Positions 1 through 13,995 of a stretch of DNA of 64,000 bases are shown one piece after another. The number at the start of each line of letters is the position of its first letter. Within the stretch, counting starts at the first letter, position 1. Origin of the DNA: the human T2T-CHM13v2.0 reference genome, Homo sapiens; assembly GCF_009914755.1 (NCBI RefSeq), contig NC_060938.1, one strand, 5' to 3'. Below the pieces are notes generated by a model. It was not told the DNA's origin. It did not search any database and saw only the letters and a list, made by a program, of their open reading frames with translations. The position numbers and the translations under genes are program-made.

Positions 1-199
1 TCCTGTCTAATAAGAATGTGAAAAATGCTGATACAGAAAGATTTCTTTGCATTCAAAGACAAGTTATTATCAAAAAAGGAGCCAATGCAAATATACTACA
101 CGGAGAAAGGAAGGAAAAGGCAAGACTGAAACATATGCAAAAATAAATGGACAAAGAAAACTCATGGAAAAATTTGTCAGTGATCCAGTAAACTGTGAT

Positions 200-1400
200 T
201 AAATATACCAGTGTGAATGAGTACAACTCAATGAAACCATCAAAAATTCATGGCAGAGAAACAAAAGCCTAGGGAGATATGGTGCCACCACAGGCATAGA
301 AATAGCATGAGAAACAGGAGCCAGGAAATACTTAGAGGATAAAAATAAAATAATCATAGGAAGTTAACATTGACAGTAACGCAGTGACATATATGAAAAG
401 AAATATTATGGAAATATAATGACAGTCATGAAGGGCAAGATTGAAAAACATGAGTGGAAAGGAATGGAAATGAGCAAATTTTAAAGGGTTTGAAATAAAC
501 AAGTATGTATGGAAGACAAATTATCCTATATTAAATATAATTAATGTCCCTGAAGAAATAAACCTAACAATTGGAAGGGAAAATAAACATCTAACAACGT
601 ATTTCAAGGAGAAATTTCACAAATAAAAGACTTGAATTCATAGGTTCAAATGATATATTATGTCCTAGGGAAAAAATTCATGCAGAATGATTAACAGACA
701 AGTCTGGTGATGATTTTGTCAAATATTAAGAAAATTATTTTTAGTACCCAGGCAAAGTGAGTGTAACACCAGGGGGGAAATAACAGTGCCAGCTATCGTT
801 TTTAAAATACACATCCCATGTAGGATGTGGAGTAATGTCCCTAAATTTCTCAGCAAAAATGCCTAAAAATGTTATGCACACCTAAATCGCCATTCAAATA
901 TGAATGATATATGTATAAAGTTTTTACATGTGCAAGAAATTAAAGGAATGGAATATCCATAGACTCTTTTTGAAGAAAACTGTTCCTTGGCCAAAGAGGA
1001 GAAAACTGAATAAACAATGACGAAAGGACTGGTAGCCAGCCTTGAATTCATGTCCTGAAAGGGAGAGATGGAAACAAATATGTGAATTATTCGTATTGTA
1101 CAGAAGAATTTAAATGTCTTCTATGATGACAATGTAAAAATAATATAACTAATAAAGAAAGTGAGAGAAGGAGGAATTAGAAGAGGTATGATATATGAGT
1201 AGATTTTCTCCATTCTTCATAGCCAGGGATTAAAATATATGACTTACAATTGATTCATCAAGTAGCCAAGCTATAAATATGCTTGAAGATACAAAGTAAA
1301 TACTGGAACAACTAAGAAAGAATAATACAAAATTAAGTAGTGAAAAAGGGAGAAAAGAGGTGGGAAAAAGTGGAAATATGCAAATTTTATTATTGTTCAC
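200..1400 (+). mobile_element. HAL1-like (half-L1) / ancient L1 ORF1-region relic
   Basis: A-rich degenerate sequence with HAL1/L1M ORF1-like motifs (gtccctgaagaa...aaagacttgaattcatagg...gtcctagggaaaa); boundaries approximate. Confidence 0.55.
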
Positions 1401-1429
1401 AATAAAAAGCCAATAAATATGCCAAACCA

Positions 1430-1612
1430 TTCCTGGGCACTCACCCTCATTCTGCCCCTACTTCCTACCTATAATAAAACCCACACCCAGCTTTGCTCCT
1501 GCCAGTCAGTCAGACCAGCTTGAACTTGCCTTACTCTTCCCAGAAAGTCCAGTTGTATAAGTAAAAAATCTTTTCATATTATTTTGGTGTATGCAGCATC
1601 ATGGGTCCCAAT
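1430..1612 (+). mobile_element. LTR 3' fragment (MER77/MER21-like)
   Basis: ccagaaagtcc...gtaaaaaatcttttcata...ttggtgtatgcagcatcat resembles the polyA-signal/U5 end of these LTRs. Confidence 0.35.
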
Positions 1613-4600
1613 ATACTTTGAATATTTTTAAATATTTCTGAACATTGAACATTGCTAACTATAATGATTATACAATTATGTTTTATTTTCCATATTAACT
1701 ACTTCTTCAAGGGTTCATTCTTCTGTTCTTTTAACTGGATATTTACATTGCATCCATTGGTTTCCTTATATATTGTAGAATCTTCATTGTCTGTCTTTAT
1801 TAATGAGGACTTAGAATGAATACTATTGACAGCTGAAGTATCATCAGCATAAGTATAATTTCTTCCTACAGTAATGAATTCAGATTATAATCGTAGAAAT
1901 CTTCATTCTGATTATTGGGAAGGAGAGGGTTGCATGAGATTTTCTAATTGTCAATTTTCTATAGGATGTTGAGGCAGTTTACTTTATTGGTGCAGGCTGT
2001 GCATATACCATTGTGTCCAGAATTAATCTGGGCCTCTGCTTGATTTTATCTCCAGCCCAAACAACCTGTTTGGCAAACTTCATGTCCATTTGCCACCTTA
2101 CTGCCCAAGGGCAAAAGCTATTGGCAGCTATGATGAAATCTGATACAACTGGTTTGCAGTTTTTTCACAGCCACCCTACTGACAAAATCAAATTCTGCTT
2201 GTACTTTTGTATCCTGATTACTCTGTTCCTAAAAAGATTATAAGATTTTTGTTTAATAACTCACTATTTAGAAAGTCCTTTTGATCACTGAGTGGATTTA
2301 AGTTCCTACGTTTTCATGGGTTTCTTTTAATTCTCTTCTATCTACCTTATATTTCCAGAAATTCTTCTGTGTTATACTTGCTAATGACTTATGTCTCAGC
2401 TCTTTTTTAGGGCTATGGATGTGTTTGTACTTTTATTTTCCTTCTGACAGTCCAATGATATTTTTAGGAAAAAGAAGAGATAACTGCCTATCAGATTCCT
2501 TGAATTGTAAATTCTGACCTTTGCTCTTGTCTTATTGTTTTATCCCTTAAGTTTGCCTAGGTCTGATCTGTTCCTAGGCTCAACTTTTCTTAACTAGGCT
2601 CTATTTTTCCAAGACATATTTCTATTTATTAGCTTTTATGCAACTATGCTTTGGACACTTTTTCCTTTTGCATAATTTTCATAATCTATAAGGATACGAT
2701 CTATCTGAGTCATGCCATAACATTTGTGTCCAAGTTCTGAATAACTATCTTTCTCCCAGTTGACAAGATGCTTATCATTGAAATAAATTTGATCATAATC
2801 TTATGATGTCTAAATATACTCAGTTTTTTGATAATTGACTTGACTTTCAAATTGAAGCAGTGTAGCAGAAGAACAAAGTCATAGCACTGACCATAGTGGA
2901 TTATGTAACTATAACTTTTCTTCTAAAACTAATTATCAAACACAAAATCTTATTTACTTAACTCTTACACAATAAATATGTCTATTTTAATTCAACATAT
3001 TTTTCTCCATTTTCACACATCCAAGATCCAGCCTAAAGGATGAAATATGATCTAGGTTCTTATTAGGAAAGGAAGCAGAAGTGAAGGTATAAGTCAAGGT
3101 CAATCTCACAAGAAGCTTCTGAGTTAGGGATACTTGAGACAAAACAGGACACAAATTAAGAGAGTAGCTAAAATCAAGAAGCAAAGGGACTGCGGTATCT
3201 CAAATATGGACCTCAGAAAGCTCAACACAGATATGAATAGACAGCATGTGGACAGTTGGCAGTGGGATAGCCCTTTTCGTTAGGCATCAAAGACATACTG
3301 TTACTTTTATCAGAATAAAGGGACATTATTAAAACAAATAAAAATATATTATCTCTAAATCCCATAGGCTAATTGCATAAATGACACCTGAAAAAATTTC
3401 TTAGATCCCTAGAACTTTATTGTGTTTTTATTTTAGGGGACAAGAAAGGAGATGGCAATATAGTGGTCTTGAATCTCCATAGACTAATGGGAGGAAGAAA
3501 TTAATAGGACTTGTGACTGTTATGATACGCATTTTTTTTCCTGATGCATCTTTGCTCTTTTTAATTCTTCTCACAGATTTGTGCTCTGGAAAATATAAAA
3601 TGCAAATGTAACATGCTTGTCTCATGGTAAACATGCCCACTAAATGGTGTCCTGACTATGACCTCATTTTGGTGGTGTCGTCACTACTGTTATCCCTCAC
3701 TTTTTGGCCCTGGTCATTTTGGGAGGATCCTAGGAGATCTTCAAAGGGATGTCCATGGTTTTTAGAAGCACTCATCTAGACACTGACAGTTTTTAAGTTT
3801 TTAGGTAACACTTCAGAATAACACGTTTCTTTCTGAATCTGAAAACCTTCACTTCGTTATGAAAGTACAAAATGCAGTATTGCCACTAGAGAAACAGCTT
3901 AAAATGACTTTGGTCATAATCATTTCATTTTACTACTAGTTAATGAGATGTAGTGTTGATTGTGTAGAACACTATGCCAGTAGTCAGAAAACCTGCACTC
4001 CAAAATATGCCTTACTCATTGCCTTCAAAACATTATCCCCACTTAAATTTCCTCTTCTTTCTCCCTAAAATTATGATTCTGATTTTGCTAAGAGATTATA
4101 TAGAATTATAATTATTCATTATTTACAAAATAGAAGATGGAGAATGACGGGAAAACAGCAATTATAAAATAAGTAGATATGGGTCCAGTGGAGTTTATCA
4201 AGGTTGAAGTAGAAAAATGTAATTTGAAAATGTGATGTTTTAAAAAGGTGTTTTAGTGAAATGTTCATCTCTTAAGCGATTAAATGAAAAAAATCCATTA
4301 TATTAAACCTTCAAATTATTTTTAATACATTTGGCTTTAGCTACATTTTGGATACAACCGTCACTTTTTATAAGCTGTTTTCCGCTCCTGAAGGCCTCTA
4401 CTTTGTTGCTTTATTGTAAACTATGATTCTTGGTCAATAAATGAGTGATATGACTGAGTTTATAAATTAACATATTTATTTTGTTGGAAAGCAGGTTTTG
4501 ATTTTTAAATTTCATAGGTAAAAGTGACAGTGGTGTTTCCACAGAATGATTTCTATTGTCTAAGAACTGTAGTTTCTTTGCTTGGTAATCCTTCATATAT

Positions 4601-4662
4601 AGGTGATTTGAGTATAGAAGAAAATTAAATGAGAAGTTGAGATGAGTAGAAATTAATGACTC

Positions 4663-5065
4663 TGGTACATATACACCATGGAATACTTTGTAGTCATAAA
4701 ACAAAAAACAAAACAAAAAAAACATGCTCCTTGCAACAACATGGATGCTTCTGGGGTCCATTATCCTAAGTGAATTAATGCAGAAACAGAAAACCAAATA
4801 CTGCATGCTCTCACTCATAAATGGGACCTAAATATTGGGTACACATGGACACAAAGGTGGCAACAACCAACACTGGATACTACAAAAAGGGGTGAAGGAG
4901 GAAGGAAGATGCGGCCTAAAAAGAACTACCTATTAAGTACTAAAGTCACTTCCTGAGTAACTAGATCAATTGTACCCAAACCTCAGTGTCACACAATATA
5001 CCAATGTAAAAAACATGCACATGTACTCCCTGAATCTAAAATCAAATTTGAAATTAAAAAAGAAA
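4663..5065 (+). mobile_element. L1PB4-like 3' end (5'-truncated L1)
   Basis: tggtacatatacaccatggaatac...aaacatgcacatgtactccctgaatctaaaatcaaatttgaaattaaaaaa: L1 ORF2 end, 3'UTR and A tail. Confidence 0.85.
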
Positions 5066-5379
5066 CCACTCTTTGCTTAGATTTAGCTATTTTTGCAAAG
5101 ATTTTATATAATATTATATATGAGTGATAAAGCTTATTCTTATTTACTTTATTTAATACATACTTATTGCATATTTGAAAAATGTAGATATTATTAAGGA
5201 AAAAAAATTATACTTTTATTTAACCAGAAATCACTTTTATTACTATTTTGTGACTCTCCTCCCTTTGTTTTGTTAACTTCGTCTCATTCTGCCTCTGCCT
5301 CTTTCTTGTTCTCAGTGTACATTTACATTTATAGCACTGACTTGACACTGAATTAAGATGGCAATTTTAAATAAATATA

Positions 5380-7010
5380 ATTTTAATAATGTGATATCTA
5401 TTCGTTATATGAATGTACTACAGTTTACCTAGATGCTTTTATTGTTGGACTTTCAGAATGTTTCGTATTTAATCATGAGTTTTTACATCATTGGTACATG
5501 TTGCTCTATGTTGAAAGCCTAAGGATCCCACTATGGCGACATGCAAGATTGAACTTTTTTAGGGCTCTTGATGCATGCTGTGAAATTTTACTGTAAACCT
5601 TGCACATTAGTTTCTTCTTTCATCAAAAAATTAAGACAGCACACATTTCCCAGAAATTATATCAAGGCAGCATATTTTCTTTTTTTTCTCTCTTTGTAAT
5701 ATGGCTAGGAAAAAAGAACACCCAATGATTTATTTTTTTCAATTTTTTGAATATTAGTGAAAATGACTATTTCCTCATATAGTCAACATTTATTTTTATC
5801 ATATGTTAAATAATATCAAATATTTCCATTAAAGTAAAAAGTAAAGTTTTGATTATCGTTTTATAGATGCTTGATTTGCATATTGTGACATTTGCCTATT
5901 TGTTACTGCACTACTTTAAAAAATCTCTTAAGTTTAACAGTGCAACTGGTAATCCTGTCACTGTATGTGTGCATATATACATATATATATTACATATATG
6001 TGTATATGCGTGTATATATACATTATATATTACATATATGTGTATATATACATTATATATACATTATATATACATATATGTAGTATGTAATATATGTATA
6101 TGTACATTATATGTTATATATTATATATAACATATGTATATACACATATATACATATGTATATATAACATATATATAATATGCATATGTATATATAACAT
6201 ATGTAATATGCATATATACATATATAACATGCAATATGCATATATACATATATCTATATAATGTATATATTACATATATATGTAATATGTATAGATATAC
6301 CTATATATGTATATACACATAAACTTACATATGTATATATGTGTACATATATTACATATATAATGTATATATACATACATTACATACTACATATGTGTAT
6401 GTAGTGTATATGTAGTATATATAATTATTAATTATATATGTATATACACTACATACATATGTATATATGTATACATATATTACATATATAATGTATATAC
6501 ATATATATGTAATATGTAATATGCAATATATAACATATGTAATATGTATATTACATATATAATGTATGTATACACACATATGTATATACACATACATATA
6601 TACACATATGTATGTATGTGTAGATATATAATGTTTGTGTGTTTCTGTTTCCTTCACATTATTGTTTGTACTTAAATTTCTAGATTATTTTAATGGATAG
6701 AAATGAGAATTTTTTGGTAGTAAAATTTACATACTTTCTTGAAGATTTTTTGCCTACCTCTAGTTGAGAAAATCTTTCCTCACTGCAAGATTATGTGCAT
6801 CTACTTTTAATTTGTACATTTGTTTTAATTTTCACATTTCCATTTTTAATCCACCTGAACTTAAATGTTTTAAAAATGCTTTTTCCTATGTGAGTAATGA
6901 ATTGTCCTTAAATCTTTATATGGATCATTTCTAATGAGTTACAATTTCACTTTTACCAAATACAGTATCTAGAACTTTGTAGATGCTCTAAACCTTAGAA
7001 CATCTTTTGA
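5380..7010 (-). mobile_element. Highly degraded L1ME-type fragments flanking the TA-rich tract
   Basis: T-rich degenerate L1 antisense motifs (tatgaatgtactacagttta; ttttaatccacctgaactt); boundaries approximate. Confidence 0.4.
5962..6642. repeat. Complex (TA/TG/CA)n low-complexity tract, quasi-palindromic
   Basis: ~680 bp of tatata/catatatg/tacat units read directly; internal inverted arms 6076-6112 and 6358-6394. Confidence 0.95.
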
Positions 7011-7816
7011 ATCTAACCCATTTTATTGATATCTCTGTCTAGTACTAAGCCCTATGGAGGAAAGTTCTAGAAAATCACAGCCTTCTAGTGTCTTGGCTTC
7101 TCATCTACCTGATGACAACCAAGCTGACCACATCACTGTTCTGCTACAAGAATGCAAAACCGCACTGTGATACTTATTCTGAACATGATCTTCCCTTCTT
7201 CCACATTCCCTGGCAGCCTTGGTACCAGTAGCCTTGTATCTATTTTTAACCTCTCTTTCCAGCCAAATAATCACATACATTTTCAGGAGTTCTGGTATTT
7301 CCCCATCTACCAAATATTTGAACCCATAACACAGATTTGAACGGATAACCAATAAGTTGTTCTAAGAATACCACTCATTCTAGCATGGGCTTCCAAAATT
7401 ACTTCATTTGCAACCATTTTGCTCCTGTAGTTATTCTCTTTTTTCTGCTGTTATCTTTCTCTCTTTCCTACTTCATTCTCATAATAGTAGTAACATAACC
7501 AGTTGTTTCATAGTTATAAAAGTAACAAGCAAACAACAAAATAACCTATTCAACTCATATTTTATTGAAGCTATTGCTACATATTGGTACTCCATTTTTC
7601 TCAAAAAACCAACAAAAAGTCTAAAAGTATGGATTATATTCACTGTTCTTTATAAGTCATCACTTAAAGTCTCTCCTCAGCTAACTCCATCTGGGACTCT
7701 GTCCAGCAACTCTCCTGAACTGCTAATCAAGACATATCAGATTGTCATGGTTCTCTTACTATCTTACTTGACTTCCGAGCAACGTTAATTATCATTGACA
7801 ATTCCTCTTTAAGACA

Positions 7817-8360
7817 CTTTATTTTATTTTTTACTTTTTAAACTTGTTTAATGTTTATGGATACACAGTAGGTGAATATATTTGGGGTAAATGAGATATT
7901 TTGATACAGGCATAACGTGTAGTAATCAGATTAGGGTAAATGCGGTATCCATCGTCTCAAGCATTCATCATTTCTTGGTGTTATGAAGATTCCAATTGTA
8001 CTCCTTCAGTTATTCTAAAAATGTACAACAAATTATTGCTGACTATAGTCAACCTGTTGTACTATCAAATACTGAAACTTATTCATTGTACCTAACTATA
8101 TTTTTGTACCCATTAATCTTTCTCATTTCCTCCCCGTTCCCACTGCCCCACTGAGGCTCTGGTAACCATCATTCTACTATCTCCATGAGTTTAGTCGTTT
8201 GAATGTTTAGCTCCTACAAATGAGTGAGAACATGCAAAGTTTGTCGTTTTGTGCATGGCTTATTTCACTTAACAAAATGTCCTCCAGTTCCACCCATGTT
8301 GCAAATGACATGATCTCATTTTTTTTTCTTTTGGCTGAATAGTACTCCATTGTGTTTATA
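7817..8360 (-). mobile_element. L1MA2/L1MA3-like 3' end
   Basis: T tail, then gatattttgatacaggcataac...ctcctacaaatgagtgagaacatgc...gaatagtactccattgtg. Confidence 0.85.
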
Positions 8361-8540
8361 TAGATTTAGGGCTACAAGTACAGTTTTGTTACATGGAAAT
8401 ACTGTGTAGTAGTGAAGTCTGAGCTTTTGGTGTAGCCATCACCTGAATAGTGTACATTGTATCCACTAAATAACTTCTTATCCCTCAACCACCTCCCACC
8501 CTGCCACTCTCCAGTTTTTTATCCCACATTTTATACACCA
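8361..8540 (-). mobile_element. L1PB3/4-like 3'UTR fragment
   Basis: tacaagtacagttttgttacatgg...gtgaagtctgagctttt...catcacctgaatagtgtacattgta. Confidence 0.7.
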
Positions 8541-8830
8541 GTGTGAATTTCTTCTTGATTTCCTCCTACTCAATGTTCTCTCTCAGTTTCTTCTAATGTC
8601 TCCTTTCTATTACTTGATCTCTAAATATGGAAATTCTCCAGCCTCTCTCCTTGGCCTCTTTTCTTCTACTACTCTGGTTATGATTATTTAGTTATATGGT
8701 TTTAAGCATGCTCCCAGCTATCCTTCTCTGTATCATGGTTCTGAAATATTTATATCCTGCCATAAATTCCTTGCAGAAATCTGAACACATTTATTCAATA
8801 ATTGCCTTCCTTGGTTCTCCCTGGAGCTGA

Positions 8831-9223
<393 letters not shown>

Positions 9224-9998
9224 AAGTTCTCTCATTTCTTAATCTGCACTATCTCAGTAAGTGACACTACCCTCCACTTAGTTGCACCAACTGATTCCTT
9301 TCTTCTTCTTACAACTTATGAAGAGCCAACCCATTAGAATTCTTGTTGACCTTACTGAACCATTTTCTACACACGTTCTCTTTTTAAATGTAAATTAGAT
9401 CTTTTTATTACCCTGGTACAACATTGCAGCTAATACTGAAAAAACTAACTAGGCAAATCTCAATTGTGGAACATTTTACAAATAAAAACAAATTTCTCTT
9501 GGAGTAAAGAAGAAAATGAATGGGATAGAATGATTCACTGAACTTGCAAAAACTGTTCACATAGTAATATAGCTTCATTTTACTTTTTGTATCTACCTTT
9601 TACTTTTCTATCATCTTGCTTTAGACTTATTTTTATTGCTTTTTTCAGGATATTGATATCAATCTTTCAGTACATTGTGACTAAGAATATTTTTTGAAAC
9701 AATTGCTAATCATACATTAAGGTTATTTCCTCTTAGTAATCAGGAAACAAACTTTTGATTTATTACAATGTCTGTTTCTGAATTTATTAGTTATAAGTAA
9801 TATAGAGTCACATAAACCTGCTTAATAATTTATAAGCCAGCTTAATAATTTTCTTATTAGAGAATTATTATAAGAACATGGGAGTAGCTCAGAAAACAGG
9901 GTATTTTTGCAGCTTTGCATCAAAGGTAGTTAAGCCTAGACATTAGATTGTACCAAAACCAAATAATTTTTCTTGCTTTCTTGCTATGCTAGGTCTAG

Positions 9999-9999
<1 letters not shown>

Positions 10000-10055
<56 letters not shown>

Positions 10056-10092
10056 CCTCTCTCCCTCCCTCCCTCTCTCCTCCCTCCCTCTC
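10000..10092. repeat. (CT)n/(CCCT)n polypyrimidine tract
   Basis: 93 consecutive pyrimidines read directly. Confidence 0.95.
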
Positions 10093-10599
10093 ACACCTCT
10101 TGTTTTTGTTCTGAAGATATGTGGATTTGCACCTCTGCTTTGTAATGCACAGTTGCTTTATTTTCCCTCCATCTCTACAGACTGACTTTTCTTGCCTCCT
10201 GATGCAAAAGGCAGAAATCAGTGTATAGACAATCTTGACAGCAGTTTCAAGCTATAAAGACCAAACAGACAGTAGCTAGCGTCTTTCAGTTCTGATTTCA
10301 ATCTGAAGCAGAGGAGAATCTGTTTGGTCCAGTGTGAATCAGCTGTCCAACTCTTGAGTAATCAACCATGTCAAACAAAGTGGGATAACTGGCCTGTTGC
10401 CCACTTAGTAAGATCAGGATCTCTGAGATAGAGTTTGGGGCTGGCTAAGAGATAGTAGGCACCTCTAATTTCTCCTAAACAAAATGCAACTGAAATAAAA
10501 GTACCTTGCATTTATCTAATAATAAATGGTAATCAAACACACAAATACATTCAACAACATGAGACAATAAACCAATTCAAATAAAAATAATAACAAAAG

Positions 10600-10980
10600 C
10601 AACAATTCCTAATTTCCATTGAGGAAAATTTAGCAATATCTATCAAAATGTAAAACTGCCATCCTTTGATAAATATTTAATTTGTAGGAAATTATCCTAC
10701 AGATATATTTTTATTTGGACAAGTGCCCATTTTGTACATATTAATTAAAATATTGATGCAAGATAATTGGTGGGAAACAACCTAAATGTCATCAGTAAGC
10801 ATCTGGTTAAATAACTTACAGTACAACCATAAAATTGTTTATTAAACAATCAGGAAAAATGATGAGGTAGAAGTACATGAATTGATGTGAAAATTTCTCC
10901 AAAGTATATATTATTAAGAGAAAAATGGGAAGAAAGCTGTATAAATATTATGGCTCCATTTCTGTAGAAAAAAATTCACT
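10600..10980 (+). mobile_element. L1ME-type 3' fragment
   Basis: aatttagcaatatctatcaaaatgtaaaa...ggaaattatcctacagatata...ggaaacaacctaaatgtc. Confidence 0.6.
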
Positions 10981-11421
10981 CATGAGAAATGAGTTCCTTG
11001 AAAGAGCTAAACAGTAGTGACATAATGACAAAATAGCACCCACCACATTAATGCCTTCAAAAAAGGTATATCAGATCTTTACTTTCCGTCACCTGGGTGA
11101 AAATATTTCATGGATGTAAGAGCTTCTGTCATTTTCTGATTGTTGTAAGTACAGTACAAAATAATATTAATACTTCAAACTTAATTTTGATACAAAAACA
11201 TAAAACTCATGCCCACAGTGCACAAGTGGTCATGGCCAGTGTTTCTCTGTTCATTTTCCCTCCAGGAAGACAACTACAAACATGTTCTTGATTTTCAACC
11301 CAAATTGCTTTTCCTTCCGAACCCCAACTTCACAATGTTCATGTTAGCCAAGTTCTTTAAGAACTTTTCTTGGACTCTCTTGACTTGTCCAGGTAAATAA
11401 AGGGTAAAGTGATGATGGTGG

Positions 11422-11984
11422 TACTGTGGCTTTTTTACTCCTGTAGTTCTGTGAGCAGGAGTGTCGCAGCTCTGTTACTCCAGCCACCCACAGCTTGGAG
11501 AGCAGGAGCATTATAACTCCTTCACTCTTGCAGTCCAGTGAGTTCCAGTTCTTGTCCTGCAACCAAGAGGAATAACGTACATGAACATCAGAGAGGGGTA
11601 AGGCAGAGTAGGATTCATTGAGTGAAAGAGAAGCTCTCAACAGCAAGAAGGGACCTGAAAGTGGGTAGGAGTAGCCATGTGTGAGGCTGAGTCCAGGGTT
11701 TTTATGGGCTTAGAATGGAGGAGTGTGTGCTGACTGGTTTATGGGTGAGCTTGGAAAAGGCACTATTCAGTTGGTTGAAAGGTATCATTCAGAAAGAACC
11801 AATTGAGAGAGAGTGGATAAGACGGGAATGGAAATTCTCACTGCAGTCTGTGGATTCTATCTGGAACTGGTGGAAAACTGATAGCTTGGTTTTCAGGCTT
11901 TAGACTGTAGTTGGATTGAAGGTCGAGTTTTACCAGGGACCCATCCCTGTCTGCCTAGGAATTTGTCGTCTCTTGTTGCTATCA
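11422..11984 (-). mobile_element. Solo ERV1 LTR (LTR27/LTR28/MER52 group)
   Basis: Ends in ...gggacccatccctgtctgcctaggaatttgtc...gctatca (reverse of the TGATAGC start); 4-bp TSD gtgg at 11418-11421 and 11985-11988. Confidence 0.8.
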
Positions 11985-12359
11985 GTGGGGTGGTATGGAG
12001 AGATATTCTAATGCCTCTATTTAAATTAATTCTTTCTATTATACTGCCTTTTGACTTCTCCCTAGAACTCATGATATGGCTACTGATTTTTTTTAAATCA
12101 CAAAATATTTCTTAGCCTCTTAGCATGATCAGCATATAGGGCCTGCTCTATTTTTCTCAGTCTTTAATACCTGTCTTATATAATAGTTTTAAAAATTACA
12201 ACAGTAAACATACACCACACAAGCACAAACATTTATATGCTTATATATAGATGAGATATTTCTGGGGGGATGATAAGGAAATTAGAATTCGTGTTTATCA
12301 TAGAAAGGTGTGTGAAACTGGAGTATTCTTTATGTATTATTTTGATCTTTAAAAGCTTT

Positions 12360-12488
12360 CCCAAGCATGATGGTGCACACCTATAATTTCAGCCCCTCGG
12401 AAGCCTGAGGTAAATCACTTTACTCCAGTTGTTCAAGACCAGCCTGGGCAACGTAGCAAGATACCATTTCAAGAAAAAAAGAAAATAA
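12360..12488 (+). mobile_element. FLAM (Alu left monomer)
   Basis: gcatgatggtgcacacctataat...ttcaagaccagcctgggcaacgtagcaagata followed by an A tail. Confidence 0.85.
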
Positions 12489-12678
12489 AGCTAATATTAA
12501 CATACCCTTCTCAATTACAAATTAAATTAAATTGTACTAAATTATAGTTCAGTGTCCCAAACACTACAGTTGAATTAGTTTTCATACTCATCAATATAAC
12601 CAGTTTGTGATTAAAAAAATACCTTTAAAAGTACAATGTAAATCTATAATTGCCAAAACATAAGCTATATGGTCCTTT

Positions 12679-12718
12679 ACACACACACACACAAACACAC
12701 GCACACACACACATGCAC
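12679..12718. repeat. (CA)n microsatellite
   Basis: Read directly. Confidence 0.9.
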
Positions 12719-13909
12719 GGAATTCTGTTTGAGTTCTTTTACTTAACAAAAGTTAAATAGGGGTCTTTTACTTAAATAAGGGTCTGATTGTTCTAGCTAG
12801 CTAGGACTTCCAGTACTATGATGAATAACAGTGCTGAAAGTGGGCATCCTTGTCACGTTCCAGATCTTAAGACAAAAGGCTTTCCATTTTTCCCCATTCA
12901 GTGTGATGAGATCAGTCATATATAGTTAGCTATGGGTCAGTCACGTATAGTTTTTTTATTATGCTGACGTATGTTCCTTCTGTACCCAGTTTTCTGAGGG
13001 TTTTTATCATGAAGTGATATTGAAGGTAATCAAATGCTGTTTCAGCATCCATTAATATGGTCATATGGTTTTGTCCTTTGTTATGTAGATATGACATATC
13101 ACATTGATTGATTTGCAAAGGCTGAACCATGGTTGCATCCAAGGGATAAATTCCACTTGGTAATAATGAGTGATCTTTTTAACGTATTGTCAAATTTGGT
13201 TTGCTGGTATTTTGTTGGGAATTTTTACATCAATATTCATCAGAAATATTTGCCTGTAGTTTTCTTTTTTAAATGTGTCTCTATCTTGTTTTGGTATCAG
13301 GGTAATACTGGCATCATAGAATGAGTTTGGAAGTATTTCCTCCTGTATTTCTCTGAACAGGCTGAGTAGGATTGTTATTAGTTCTTAATGTTTAGTAAAA
13401 TTTAGCAGTGAAGCCATATGGTTGGGGCTTTTCTTTGCTGGTAGACTGTTTACTATGGCTTGGATCTTATTACTTGTTACTGGTCTGTGCAGGTTTTGGA
13501 TTTCAACATGGTTCAAACTTGGTAGGTTGTATGTGTCTAGGAACTAATCCATTTATGCTAGATTTTCCAATATATTGGCAGATGATTGTTCATAGTACCC
13601 ACTAATGATCCTTTTAATTTCTGTCATATCAGTTGTAATGTCTCCTTTTTCATTTCTCAGTTTGTTTTTTGGGTCTTCTTTCTCTTCTTATTTTAGCTAA
13701 TCTGGCTAAAGTTTTGCTCATTTTGTTTCTATTCAAAAACTCAACCTTTTGTTTCATAGTTGTTTTCTACTGTTTTCTTCATTTCAAATTCATTTGTTTC
13801 TGCTCTGATCCTTTTCATTTCTTTTCTTCTAACTTTGGGTTTGGTTTGCTCTTGCTTTTTCTCATTCTTTAAGATACCTCATTCGTTTATGTGTTTCAAA
13901 TTTTGCTTC

Positions 13910-13995
13910 TTTTTTTCTTTATTATTATTATTATTATTATACTTTAAGTTTTAGGGTACATGTGCACAACGTGCATGTTTGTTACATATGTATAC
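13910..13995 (-). mobile_element. Very short young L1PA 3' end nested in the L1MA
   Basis: (tta)n tail then tatactttaagttttagggtacatgtgcacaacgtgca...gttacatatgtatac. Confidence 0.9.

Noticed and set aside
5867-6657. Tyr/Ile-rich ORFs (87, 63 and 101 aa)
   Set aside because: Translations of the TA/TG microsatellite; the apparent acceptor at 5866 lies in degraded L1ME-like sequence
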